A stretch of DNA of 64,000 nucleotides from Fibrobacteria bacterium (GTDB lineage: Bacteria; Fibrobacterota; Chitinivibrionia; Chitinivibrionales; FEN-1185). Positions 40,098 to 50,800 of this stretch are shown one piece after another. The position numbers were made by a program, and so were the translations under genes. Position 1 is the stretch's first letter, and every line of letters starts with the position of its first letter. Below the pieces are notes generated by a model. That model saw nothing but the letters and a program-made list of their open reading frames with translations, did no database searches and was not told the origin of the DNA. The stretch is taken from positions 51,951 through 115,950 of the forward strand of contig JBBIGR010000010.1 in NCBI GenBank assembly GCA_037447435.1. Direction: 5' to 3'.

Positions 40098-41147
40098 TTA
40101 GTTGGATTTAGGAATTTTCCCCAGAATGAAATCAAGCCTGATTTCAACCGTACTCGACACAAAAGATAATTTTTTGTCGGGGTCTGCCATAGCGGGGTTA
40201 ATATCGCGGTTCAATAGATACATATTGCCATTTCGGAAAAAACCCGCGTATCTTCCAACATAAGATATTGAAATTTCCATTCCCGAACTGTTCGATAAAA
40301 TTTGTTGTGAGCCAATTCCGATTCTCCAGGATGCGCCCATTCCCCAGGCGTTAAAATCGCTTGTTCTGGCTTTTGCGCCGTTTATCACGGAGTCGGAAAT
40401 ACCCGTTGAAGAGAACGAGGTGCTTCTGTCGATATGCAAGTAGGGAAGCACGGAAAGCCCAAGTAAAACGCAGGTCTTGTCTACTTTGTCTATTTTGAAA
40501 TACCGTTCATTTATTTTATACCGATAAAAGGAACCTATCGAAAATCCGAGGCTGTTCATGGATTGTTTATAATCGATTCTCGGTGCAAGCGTGTCGTGTT
40601 GCAAGGTAGCCTGGAGCGACTTGCCGATATAGAAAAAAGATGCCTCGAAACCAAGGGAGCTTTTTTCATGGACAATGGGGGTATAGGAAAGGTAAATCGG
40701 AAAAAGAATATTATAGGAGTTTGCTTTTTCTTTTACGGCAAATCCAAGTGTGTCGGGGTTGCTTGCAAGGATTTTTTGAACGGAATCGGGCAGCGCGTTT
40801 TCCCATTCGGTCAAAAGAGGGTACGAACCTAAGCCCCATGCTGCTCCGAAACTGTAAAATGGACGGGTAAGGACTCGCGATACAGAATCAATTGCGGGCG
40901 GCTTTGCATTTATGCTTTGATCCGATGGCTTTACCGAAGACGAGTCCTGTTTCTTGCGTACCAAAGACAAAGAATCGAGTTTTAAGGAGTCGGTTTTTAC
41001 CGTCGTTGCATTACTTGACAGAGAGTCCTTTACCTGTAGGGTACCACCAACCCGAATCGAATCGATTGCATTTCCAGCTATCACGGATTGCACCATAAAA
41101 AAGCAAAACACTACAAAACGGGATTTGCGATAAGGAAATGTCGACAT
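40098..41147 (-). CDS. Hypothetical exported protein, probable outer-membrane beta-barrel
   Basis: Signal peptide; Ser/Asp-rich linker; amphipathic strands; start overlaps the tsaB stop. Confidence 0.55.
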   Translation of the reverse strand: MSTFPYRKSRFVVFCFFMVQSVIAGNAIDSIRVGGTLQVKDSLSSNATTVKTDSLKLDSLSLVRKKQDSSSVKPSDQSINAKPPAIDSVSRVLTRPFYSFGAAWGLGSYPLLTEWENALPDSVQKILASNPDTLGFAVKEKANSYNILFPIYLSYTPIVHEKSSLGFEASFFYIGKSLQATLQHDTLAPRIDYKQSMNSLGFSIGSFYRYKINERYFKIDKVDKTCVLLGLSVLPYLHIDRSTSFSSTGISDSVINGAKARTSDFNAWGMGASWRIGIGSQQILSNSSGMEISISYVGRYAGFFRNGNMYLLNRDINPAMADPDKKLSFVSSTVEIRLDFILGKIPKSN

Positions 41148-41848
41148 TAGGAAATAGCCTGTTGTTGTTTCCGTTCAACGGAACTGGTATTAAGGTAAAT
41201 TGGTTGAATTGTGTCCGGCGATTGCCACCGTTTTGAATCGTACGTTTCCATAGCCGCGATTCGCGCGCAGGCCAACCCTCGTTGCAGGGGGATTTTCTCA
41301 ACGCTAAAAGCATTCGGACGGTTTTCCAAAAATCCGAAAACTGTGCTTTTTGCATAACCGAGCGTATCGGTGATTACGATATCGGAATCTTGGATTGAAG
41401 CAGAAAATGTATTTGAGTCGCAAAGGGTATCGGGGGTTATCCTTGTTACATACCCATCGCGGACAGTAAACCGCGCCCAAAATAATTCGTTATTCCTGGC
41501 ATCCGACGCAGCCACAATCGTTGCGGCGTCGACTTGAAGGCATCCGGCCATACTTTCTAAAGAAGAAACCGCGATTATGCGGGCGTTTCGTTGGAAAAAG
41601 AAGCCTTTTAAAAATGCGATTCCTATGCGCAACCCGGTGAAAGAACCGGGGCCTACGGCAATGCCTGCGCATGAAATGTCTGAGGCTAAAACTTTGTTGG
41701 TTTTTAAAAAAAAATCAAGGCATTGCGTTATATGTTCCGCATGAGAATTCCGGAAATATCGCGACATACTCATGGCTGGCTTGGCATCGCAATAAAGGCC
41801 GATTCCAAGTTCCACAGACGATGTATCGATGCCAAGAATATAGGTCAT
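41147..41848 (-). CDS. tsaB: tRNA t6A biosynthesis protein TsaB
   Basis: ILGIDTS, HAE, GPGSFTGLRIG, DARNNE, PIYL. Confidence 0.93.
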   Translation of the reverse strand: MTYILGIDTSSVELGIGLYCDAKPAMSMSRYFRNSHAEHITQCLDFFLKTNKVLASDISCAGIAVGPGSFTGLRIGIAFLKGFFFQRNARIIAVSSLESMAGCLQVDAATIVAASDARNNELFWARFTVRDGYVTRITPDTLCDSNTFSASIQDSDIVITDTLGYAKSTVFGFLENRPNAFSVEKIPLQRGLACARIAAMETYDSKRWQSPDTIQPIYLNTSSVERKQQQAIS

Positions 41849-42891
41849 AGCGTAATCTTATGCTTTTTCAAAGCAGTGGTTATAAGAATATCGATAAGGC
41901 CTTTATACGTACCGCCCGAGACGATGAACGACTTAGGCAATAAGGAGTGGGACGTAAGACCCGGTAAGGAATTAAGCTCCAATACATACAATTTGCCGTC
42001 TTTTCCAAGAATCATATCTGTCCTGGAAACACCTTGACAATTCAGTATTCTGTGCGCTTTTTCCGCGGTAGCCATAATTTGCCGAAGCAACTTTTGCGGA
42101 CGAGGGGCAGGAACGAGTTCTTGCGATCCGCCATCCTGGTATTTTGCCGAAAAACTGAAAAATTCACTGGCAAGCGGCCTGATTTCAATCGGCGGCAACG
42201 CTTTAATGGAACCATCGGGAAATTCGAGTACCGGACAGGTAAATTCAGGACCTTTAATTTCCTGTTCGATTAAAATGTCAGGTGAAAAGGGAGCGAATTC
42301 TTTTAGGGTTTTCAATAGCGATGCTTGTGAATCGACCCTCGCCAGTAATCTGCTGGAACCGGACTGCGGGCATTTGACATACATTGGAAAGCCGAATCGT
42401 TTTGCCAGTGTTTTCGCCGTTACTTCAGGATGGCCCGGACCTGCAATGCAATTAGGCGGAGTTTTGAGGCCGTTTTGTTCGAAAATAAATTTGCTTGCAA
42501 TTTTATTCATTGCACAGGCGCTTGCGTAAACCCCGGAACCGGTATAGGGAATCGACAATGTGTCAAGAAATCCCTGTAACACCCCGTCTTCGCCGAATGA
42601 GCCGTGTACTGCAAGGAAAGCAGCATCGCATTTATCCCAAACCGCGGAAGATGACTGAGGTAAAAAAGGACCTTTAAAAGCATTTGATTTTGCCGGCGAG
42701 GCCAGCTCCTTTTCAGGAGGAACGGTTTTCCCTAAATCGCAATAAAAGAATTCCAACTTTTTCGTAATAACCACGGCCCGGACTTTATATCGCTTTTTAT
42801 CGATATTTTCCAATACTTCCTTACCGGATTTTAGCGAAATTTCATTTTCGGCGGAAGGACCGCCCATGATGACATTTATTCTGAGAGGCAT
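41845..42891 (-). CDS. ddl: D-alanine--D-alanine ligase
   Basis: [39 protein letters not shown]. Confidence 0.95.
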   Translation of the reverse strand: MPLRINVIMGGPSAENEISLKSGKEVLENIDKKRYKVRAVVITKKLEFFYCDLGKTVPPEKELASPAKSNAFKGPFLPQSSSAVWDKCDAAFLAVHGSFGEDGVLQGFLDTLSIPYTGSGVYASACAMNKIASKFIFEQNGLKTPPNCIAGPGHPEVTAKTLAKRFGFPMYVKCPQSGSSRLLARVDSQASLLKTLKEFAPFSPDILIEQEIKGPEFTCPVLEFPDGSIKALPPIEIRPLASEFFSFSAKYQDGGSQELVPAPRPQKLLRQIMATAEKAHRILNCQGVSRTDMILGKDGKLYVLELNSLPGLTSHSLLPKSFIVSGGTYKGLIDILITTALKKHKITL

Positions 42892-44207
42892 AATGACGCT
42901 TCTTTCAGTTTTTTGCCGATAATTTCAATGACTTGAGTCGATGCGACCCGATATTGCTCCCTGGAGTCCCGTTCACGAATGGTCACCGTATCGTCCTGTA
43001 TCGATTGGCCGTCGACAGTAATGCAAAACGGCGTGCCTGCCTCGTCTTGGCGTGCATAGCGGCGACCGATGGCCGCGCTGATGTCCATGGTGGCCCGAAT
43101 GGAATTCTCGAGCAGGTCTTTGAATATCTTTTCAGCTTTTTCGGGCATGCCCTCTTTTTTAACAAGGGGCAACACGGCTGCCTTGACAGGAGCAAGCGCC
43201 GGGTGAAAGCGCATGATGACCCGTTGCGGGTCATCTTTATCCACATCATAGGCGTCTATCAGAAATGCCAGCGTCGCACGATCGGCGCCTGCGGCCGGCT
43301 CAATGACATAAGGGAATACATGTTGCTTTGTTTCCTCGTCGAAATAAGCCAAGCTTTTTCCGCTCGATTCCGAGTGGCGTTTTAAGTCGAAATCGGTGCG
43401 GTTTGCGATACCTTCGAGCTCACTCCATCCGAATGGAAATAAATATTCTACATCACAACATCCTTTTGCATAATGGGCAAGCTCGTCCTGAGCATGGTCG
43501 CGAAGACGAAGATTGTCTTTTTTAATGCCAAGGGAAAGATACCAGTTTAAGCGCCGGTTACGCCAATACTCGTACCATTGTGGATCAGTGCCCGGCATAC
43601 AGAAAAATTCCATTTCCATTTGCTCGAATTCGCGTGTGCGATAGGTGAAATTTCCCGGCGTTATTTCATTCCTAAACGATTTTCCGATTTGCGCAATCCC
43701 AAACGGCGGTTTTAACCGGGACGCTTGTTGAACATTCAAGAAATTCACGAAAATTCCCTGTGCAGTTTCCGGGCGCATGTACACGGTTGCAGAGGAATCT
43801 TCAAGGGGGCCCATAAAAGTTTTGAACATCAAATTGAACTTACGGACTTCGGTGAGCTGGCCCCCGCATTTGGGGCATTTTTCCAGATTTGTCAAATGGT
43901 CGGCGCGGAAACGTTCTTTACACGATTTACAGTCGACCAGCGGGTCCGTAAAACCACCCAAATGGCCCGAGGCTTCCCAAACCTTTGGATGCATGAGAAT
44001 GGCTGCGTCAAGTCCGACGATGTCGCGGCGGTTGGTAACCATGGATTTCCACCAGGCCTCTTTGACGTTGCGTTTCAATTCGACGCCGAGAGGACCATAG
44101 TCCCAACAACTATTCAGGCCGCCGTATATTTCACTGGACTGGAAAATGAAACCTTTTCGTTTTGCAAGCGAAACAATAGTTGCCATGAGGTCCGGAGCTT
44201 TTGCCAT
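42876..44207 (-). CDS. glyQS: Glycine--tRNA ligase, homodimeric (GlyQS) type
   Basis: [59 protein letters not shown]. Confidence 0.97.
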   Translation of the reverse strand: MAKAPDLMATIVSLAKRKGFIFQSSEIYGGLNSCWDYGPLGVELKRNVKEAWWKSMVTNRRDIVGLDAAILMHPKVWEASGHLGGFTDPLVDCKSCKERFRADHLTNLEKCPKCGGQLTEVRKFNLMFKTFMGPLEDSSATVYMRPETAQGIFVNFLNVQQASRLKPPFGIAQIGKSFRNEITPGNFTYRTREFEQMEMEFFCMPGTDPQWYEYWRNRRLNWYLSLGIKKDNLRLRDHAQDELAHYAKGCCDVEYLFPFGWSELEGIANRTDFDLKRHSESSGKSLAYFDEETKQHVFPYVIEPAAGADRATLAFLIDAYDVDKDDPQRVIMRFHPALAPVKAAVLPLVKKEGMPEKAEKIFKDLLENSIRATMDISAAIGRRYARQDEAGTPFCITVDGQSIQDDTVTIRERDSREQYRVASTQVIEIIGKKLKEASLCLSE

Positions 44208-44227
44208 GATTCTTTCCTTTAGGGAAT

Positions 44228-45199
44228 TTATTTTGTGATGAATTGTTTACAATTTTTAGCGATACGTTCTTTGATCGGTATGTCGGTTTCTATTTCAAAA
44301 TCCATGCCCGTGATCATTTCGTATAATTTGATGTACCGATACGAAAGCTCGATAACAAGGTCTGCGGGTGCTTGCGGCAAAACCGCATCTTTATACGGGT
44401 CGCAATGGTCTTTAAACCATAAACGTAAAAATTCCTTGTCGATGTTTTCCGGTTCCTGTTTCCGTTTAATCCGTTCTGCAAAAGAGTCTTTCAACCAGTA
44501 GCGGGATGAATCGGGCGTATGGATTTCATCGATCAACAAAATGTTCCCGTCGGCATCCATACCGAGTTCATATTTCGTGTCGACTAAAATGAGTCCGTTT
44601 TGTTCGGCTATTGTCGTACCGCGTTGGAAAAGGCCAAAGGCGATTTTTTCGAGTTTTTGCCAGGTGTTTTTTTCAATAATGCCGCGATTGACAATTTCTT
44701 CAGCCGAAATCGATTCGTCGTGCGCATCGGATTTTGTTGTCGGGGTAAGAATCGGTTTTTCGAATTTTTGGTTTTTATACATACCGTCGGGTAAAATGTT
44801 TCCGCAAATGTTTCGGCTGCCTTTTGCATATTGAGTCCATGCGGAAGTGTCTGTTGAACCGGTAAGATATCCGCGTACCACGAATTCAATTGGAAAAACG
44901 GCACATTTTTTTGCAATAGTGACATTCGGGTCCGGAATGTTCAGCACGGCATTTGAAACAATGTCCCGTGTATTGTCGAACCAGAATGAGCTAACCTGGT
45001 TTAATACTTGTCCCTTAAAGGGAATTGAAGCAAGAATTCTGTCGAAAGCGCTTTGCCGATCTGTTGTAATGAGAACAAGCTTGTCGCCGAGATCATAGGT
45101 ATCTCTCACTTTGCCCTTTTTTCTATTCGGCAAATTTAAAAAAGAGGTATCGTCGAGGCAATTTTCCAAATTTTTCTCGATGAATTCTTTCGCAATCAT
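44228..45199 (-). CDS. purC: SAICAR synthase
   Basis: [45 protein letters not shown]. Confidence 0.96.
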   Translation of the reverse strand: MIAKEFIEKNLENCLDDTSFLNLPNRKKGKVRDTYDLGDKLVLITTDRQSAFDRILASIPFKGQVLNQVSSFWFDNTRDIVSNAVLNIPDPNVTIAKKCAVFPIEFVVRGYLTGSTDTSAWTQYAKGSRNICGNILPDGMYKNQKFEKPILTPTTKSDAHDESISAEEIVNRGIIEKNTWQKLEKIAFGLFQRGTTIAEQNGLILVDTKYELGMDADGNILLIDEIHTPDSSRYWLKDSFAERIKRKQEPENIDKEFLRLWFKDHCDPYKDAVLPQAPADLVIELSYRYIKLYEMITGMDFEIETDIPIKERIAKNCKQFITK

Positions 45200-45280
45200 T
45201 TCCTTTTTTCCTATGGTTAAAAGTTGAAAAACAACAATAAAAATAGTTGATGGCCGCTCTTAAAATGGCATACATAAAAC

Positions 45281-45312
45281 AAAAGGCTGCCTAAATGTCC
45301 GCAGCCTTTTTT
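45281..45312. terminator. Intrinsic terminator downstream of the MCP gene
   Basis: AAAAGGCTGC / GCAGCCTTTT inverted repeat. Confidence 0.7.
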
Positions 45313-45332
45313 CGGGGGATTTAAAGGCGAGG

Positions 45333-46970
45333 TCACACCTTGAAGTGGTTGACAATAGCTTTTAATTCGGCGGATAGTCTTACAATGTCTATAGAACTTT
45401 CCTTTACCAGGACAATTCCGCTCATTGCATCGTTCGCGCTTTTGTGAACTCCTTGAATATTACTGGATACTTCTACCAAACCTTTTGCATTTTCTCCCAC
45501 GTTTCTGGCGATTTCACCTGCAGATTCTTTGGCACCCGAAACGCTTTTAGCAATTTCGTTTATGGTTGCGCTTTGTTCTTCCACCGCACTGACAATGGTT
45601 TGAGAAATCGTGTTGATTTGATCGATGATTTCGGTAATCGATGAAATCGCCTGCGCTGCTTCATTCGAACTCAGTTGCATTCCTTCGATTTGTTTTACGA
45701 TTTCATCCGTGGCTTTTGAAGTTTGTTTGGCCAGATCCTTAACTTCATTTGCAACCACGCCAAATCCTTTACCGGCTTCTCCTGCGGAGGCTGCTTCAAT
45801 AGTGGCATTTAATGCCAATAAATTTGTTTTGTCGGCAATGTCATTGATAACATTTACCACTTTTCCAATATCTTTTGCCGCTTTGGCCAATTTATCCATA
45901 AGTATCTGCGTTGATTTTGCGAGAGAATTTGCATTCACCGCAATTTGTGATTCCTGTTGACAGTTTTTTGCAACTTCATTGAGCGATGTGCTCATTTCTT
46001 CTATGGACATGGCCACTCCGGCTACATTTGCCGACATTTCCTCCGTGGCAACGGAAATGTTATTCGTGTTTGCGGAGGCTTCTTCGGTTGCCGATGCAAC
46101 GACCATTGATTTTGAAGACATTTCTTCCGAGTCTTCCGAGATTTGTGTCGAAACCGCTGCCAAAAGTTCAAGCGAACTCGATAATGCTGTTGTTTTGCCG
46201 ATAAGTTCAAGAATAATTTTTTGAAGTTTTTCTATGAAAGTATTAAAACCTTGCGCTAATTGGCCAATTTCATCCGAACTGAAAACGGTGATGCGTTTAG
46301 TCAGATCCCCTTCTCCTTTTGCTATATCGTCCAGCATTGCATTTGTTTGCGCGAGCGGTTTTGTAATGCTTTTCGAAACCAACCAGGCGAAGGTAATTGC
46401 TGCCGCAAGGCCTAAGAAGACTATAATTCCTACTATAGTAACCAGGTTCTTAGCATTATTTTCTATCCTTTTTTGTTCTTCCTGTTCCGCTATTCCCGAT
46501 GTCTTTTTAAAATCGGCAATCGATTGAAGCAGTTTTTCAAAAAGCGGGGCCGATTCCTCGATGAATTTGGATTGTGCCTGGGCGTAATCACTGACAAGAA
46601 TTGTTTGAATGACTTTGGAATTTACCGCGTTCAAAGAATTAAAAACGCTCGCTATGGAGGTTTGAGCCGCATGAGTTCCTGAAATAAGATGAACTGCGTT
46701 GATTGTCAATAATGAATCCTGGGACAACAGTTTTTCGATCACATCCGGGTCTTTTTCGCGCAAAAGATTAAGGACAATGCCTTGCACCTGGGAAGAAGTA
46801 GTTACAAGTTCAAATATGTCTTCGTCCAGCGCGATTGTTTGTGCCAGGGATTTTTTTGTCGAAGAACTAATGGAATTGAGTACAAAAAGCAAAGAGAGCG
46901 TTCCGATAATTGCCATAAGAGAAGAGGATGCGACGACAGTGAGGATTTTTTTTGAAACCGACAATTTCAT
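45333..46970 (-). CDS. Methyl-accepting chemotaxis protein (2 TM, helical sensor, HAMP)
   Basis: GEGDLTKRI...DEIGQLA, IADKTNLLALNATIEAASAGEAGKGFGVVANEVKDLA. ATG at 46970 has an SD (AAAGGA). Confidence 0.95.
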   Translation of the reverse strand: MKLSVSKKILTVVASSSLMAIIGTLSLLFVLNSISSSTKKSLAQTIALDEDIFELVTTSSQVQGIVLNLLREKDPDVIEKLLSQDSLLTINAVHLISGTHAAQTSIASVFNSLNAVNSKVIQTILVSDYAQAQSKFIEESAPLFEKLLQSIADFKKTSGIAEQEEQKRIENNAKNLVTIVGIIVFLGLAAAITFAWLVSKSITKPLAQTNAMLDDIAKGEGDLTKRITVFSSDEIGQLAQGFNTFIEKLQKIILELIGKTTALSSSLELLAAVSTQISEDSEEMSSKSMVVASATEEASANTNNISVATEEMSANVAGVAMSIEEMSTSLNEVAKNCQQESQIAVNANSLAKSTQILMDKLAKAAKDIGKVVNVINDIADKTNLLALNATIEAASAGEAGKGFGVVANEVKDLAKQTSKATDEIVKQIEGMQLSSNEAAQAISSITEIIDQINTISQTIVSAVEEQSATINEIAKSVSGAKESAGEIARNVGENAKGLVEVSSNIQGVHKSANDAMSGIVLVKESSIDIVRLSAELKAIVNHFKV

Positions 46971-46997
46971 AGGAGAGTCCTTTAACAATATAAGCGG

Positions 46998-47048
46998 AAA
47001 AAAAGGAATCCGGATCGCCTCAACAGGCATTGCCGACGATCCGGGTTC
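46998..47048 (-). terminator. Terminator-like hairpin between the PDC gene and the MCP gene
   Basis: Minus strand GAACCCGGATCG...CGATCCGGATTC followed by CTTTTTTT. Confidence 0.6.
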
Positions 47049-47117
47049 TAAAAAAGAGGCTGGTCATTGTCATTAACCCTGTTGGGATTGTTGATAGCAA
47101 CCAAGGAGAGATTCATA

Positions 47118-47666
47118 TTATAGCTTGGCTATGCTGAATCCGATAACGATAGAGCCGATAGCTTTCGTGCCGTCTAAAACCGGAATTCCCACTTGAATCG
47201 ATTGAATACCGGTTGATTCATCCACCTCAACCTGGCCGATCCAAACTTTTCCAGTCATCGGTACATCGTGTTTTGGTTTTCCTTTATGGCTCCATGAAGT
47301 TGTTTTCGATAAAAAAGCGACTTTTGTTCCATCCGCTCCGCTCACAAATGCTTCGGAGACGGATTCGTCTTTTTTTGTTTTTATATATGTCGCCAGCGCA
47401 TTTTTTGTGAGCGCCCGGACTTCGGGGCTCATTACGGTCAGCGTTTTCCATTTATCGTTTGTCATATCTTTAGTTTCTGCAGGAGGATTGGCATTATGTT
47501 CTTTTACAGCCTTTACTATTTCGGCATCCGTACCCCACGCTTTAAAGGTGGCGATTTTCGCGTCGAGCTTGGTTTTCTGTTCGGCGGTCAGCTCTGCCGC
47601 GGCAATATTTGCAAATAAGAAACCTGAAACGAACGCAAATGCAAGGACGGCTTTTGTTGAGACCAT
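47118..47666 (-). CDS. Secreted stand-alone PDC/Cache-like sensor-domain protein
   Basis: Signal peptide (AAA-E); SEAFVSGADG, VWIGQVEVDESTG, IQVGIPVLDG.KAIGSIVIG. Confidence 0.7.
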   Translation of the reverse strand: MVSTKAVLAFAFVSGFLFANIAAAELTAEQKTKLDAKIATFKAWGTDAEIVKAVKEHNANPPAETKDMTNDKWKTLTVMSPEVRALTKNALATYIKTKKDESVSEAFVSGADGTKVAFLSKTTSWSHKGKPKHDVPMTGKVWIGQVEVDESTGIQSIQVGIPVLDGTKAIGSIVIGFSIAKL

Positions 47667-47833
47667 GAAGGGCTCCTTTTTTTAAGTGTAACAAAAAATC
47701 GCTTGTGAAAATCGTATCATTATTAAAATGAATAGTCAATAAAAACTCGTCACAAGCGAGATGTATCTTCATAATAATTTGGTTTTGTGTCAATTAAAAA
47801 AGATTGCCGGTTTTTAAAAGGCTGTATAACTCC

Positions 47834-50800
47834 ATGAAAACTATAGGTTTTTGTTTTGGTGCGACATCGGTGCAATATTCAATTGTTACGGGTAATGAAT
47901 CGGATTTTGAAATCGTGCAATACGGCAGACTCGTCCATGAAGGCAATGTTGCAAAAACATTGTTGCAATGTCTGTCGGCAATCGATTTGGAAAAAATAGA
48001 CCGGATTGTCGTTACGGGAAGAAAGCTGCGTTCTTACGTTCGGTTAACAAATATTTCCGAACCCGAAGCCGTCGAAGCTGCCCTGAAGGCGGGATTTAGC
48101 TCAACGAAACCCGACCTTATCGTGAGTCTGGGCGGCGAATCACAGCTGGTGTATAAAATCGGTAAACAAGGCGGAATATCATCGATTCATTCCGGAAATA
48201 AATGCGCATCAGGCACCGGTGAGTTTTTCCTTCAGCAAATCAGGAGAATGGGATTGTCCCTGGAACAGGCAATTGCATTGGCGCAAAAAGGAAATGCGCA
48301 TAAAATTGCGGGACGTTGCAGTGTCTTTTGTAAAAGCGATTGCACGCACGCGCTTAACAAAGGAGAGCCAAAAGAGAACGTGGTAGCCGGCCTTTGCGCC
48401 ATGATCGCGGATAAAATAGGGGATTTGATAAAGGATATTCCTTGTGAACGAATTATGGTTATCGGCGGCGGCAGCCTGAATTCTGCGGTAATCGAAAATC
48501 TTCGGCGGCGATATTCTGATTTGATTGTTCCGCAAACAGCGGCATTTTTCGAGGCTTTTGGCGCAGCGGTATGGGCGTTGTCGCACGATTGCATATCTTT
48601 TCGGCCGCATGAAATCCTATCCTGTATTGATACTGTTCCGCAATCGTTTTCTTATCATGAACCGCTTTCGAAATTCGAAGGGATAGTCGATTTTAAGCAA
48701 AATAATTGTTCGAAATTTGGGGCAGAAAAAGAATATGTTCTTGGTTTGGATGTCGGATCGACAACGACTAAAGCTGTTTTGCTTTGCAGGGAATCAAAAT
48801 CCGTTGCTGCGTCGGTATATTTGCGGACTAACGGTGACCCGGTAACCGCGGCAAAAAATTGCTATTCAGAGCTATTGAAACAGATAGGATTCGAAAAAGC
48901 AAAAATCGTTTCTATAGGAATTACGGGTTCCGGACGGCAAATAGCAGGTTTACATGCCTTATCTTCCAATATTATTAATGAAATCATGGCCCATGCGACG
49001 GCTGCGGCTTTTTTTGATCCAACGGTCGATACGATATTCGAAATCGGCGGGCAGGATGCCAAATACACCTTTTTAACTGCAGGCGTCCCTTCGGATTACG
49101 CAATGAATGAGGCTTGTAGCGCCGGTACCGGTTCTTTTTTAGAGGAGTCGGCTAGGGAATCCTTAAATATCGAAATGGAAAAAATCGGCGATTTCGCAGT
49201 CCTCGGGGACAATCCGCCCAATTTTACCGATCAATGTGCCGCGTTCATATCGAGCGATATTAAAATTGCCGGTCAGGAAGGCATTGATAAAAATAACATT
49301 CTTGCCGGTTTGGTCTATTCCGTTTGCATGAATTACCTCAATCGCGTCAAAGGGCAACGACCCATTGGCAAAAGAATATTCATGCAAGGGGGAGTTTGTT
49401 ATAACAAGGCGGTTCCGCTTGCAATGGCCGCACTTTTGAAAACTCCTATCATCGTACCGTGGCAACCCGGGCTCATGGGCGCCCTCGGCGTTGCATTGGA
49501 AGTTGATAAACGATTGCTTTTGGGCTTGGTTCTTCCCGAAGAAATCGATCTTGAAACGCTTATTAACCGTGATGCCGTGAAAACAGGTTCTTTTGAATGT
49601 GCGGGAGGCAAGGAACACTGCGATAAAAAATGCGAGATTTCCCAAATCCGTGTCAATGGCCAAGTACATCCGTTTGGGGGAATTTGCAATAAATATTATA
49701 ATCTCCGCTCGCGGCAAAGCCAATCTTCTGTCAACTTGGATTACGTCGGATTGCGGCACAAGTTGCTTTATGATGAATTCGGCGTGCGTATGAAGAGTAA
49801 GGCCCAAGATAGTTCCAAAAGATCTGTGGGTTTGTTACGGTCATTTTTAACCCATAGCTTATATCCGCTTTACTCTCATTTTTTTGACGCTATGGGCTTT
49901 GAAGTAATACTATCCGATGCTATCGATAAGCAGGGTGTTTCGAGAATAGAGTCGGCGTATTGTCTGCCTGCCGAAATCACGCACGGCAGTTTTTATAATC
50001 TGCTGAAAAAAGACCTCGATTATATTTTTGTGCCGCAAGTCATGCAATTGCCCGTCAAGAATGTCCCGACGTTCAGCAGGCTTTGCGTCTTTGTCCAGGG
50101 AGAACCGTATTTTTTAAAATCAACGTTCCGGCAGGAAATAGAATCGTCGCCGACGGTCGTGTTATCTCCGGTTTTACGCATGGATCATTCTTATTTGCAG
50201 GCTCAGGACATTGTGGTCGATATGGCGACAAAAATGGGCGTGGACGAGGACCTTGCGTTGAATGCGTGGACAAAAGCATGTGCGAGGCAGAAACAGTTTG
50301 AGGAAAAACTCCGGGAATACGGAACGCAGGCATTGGCGTATTTGGCACATAATCCCGATTCGTTTGGCATTGTTCTATTCGGCAGACCGTATAATGCTTT
50401 TTCCGCCGACGCGAACATGGGAATCCCCAGTAAGGTTGCAACACGCGGTCATATCATAATTCCTCACGACATGCTCAGCGCCGACCACTATCCGGTCGAC
50501 AACCAAATGTTTTGGGCCATGGGACAAAAAATCATGAAATCGGCACAATTCGTGAGGGACTATAAACAATTATTCGGTTTTTATATAACCAATTTTTCCT
50601 GCGGACCGGACTCGTTTTTGGTCACCTTTTTCCGGAATGTCATGGCCGACAAGCCATCGTTGACATTAGAGCTCGATCAGCATACTGCCGATGCCGGAAT
50701 CGACACCCGGATTGAAGCTGCCTTGGATATCATGAAAAATCGAATGGTTTCCCTCACTTCGGTAAAATCTATTAATTCAAATGCCTCATTTTGTCCGGCG

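Noticed and set aside
41845..42891. D-Ala-D-Lac (Van-type) ligase
   Set aside because: The omega loop keeps Tyr (AKY), the context is housekeeping, and there is no vanH/vanX.
46971..47117. c-di-GMP riboswitch upstream of the MCP
   Set aside because: GEMM consensus not seen; only terminator-like hairpins.
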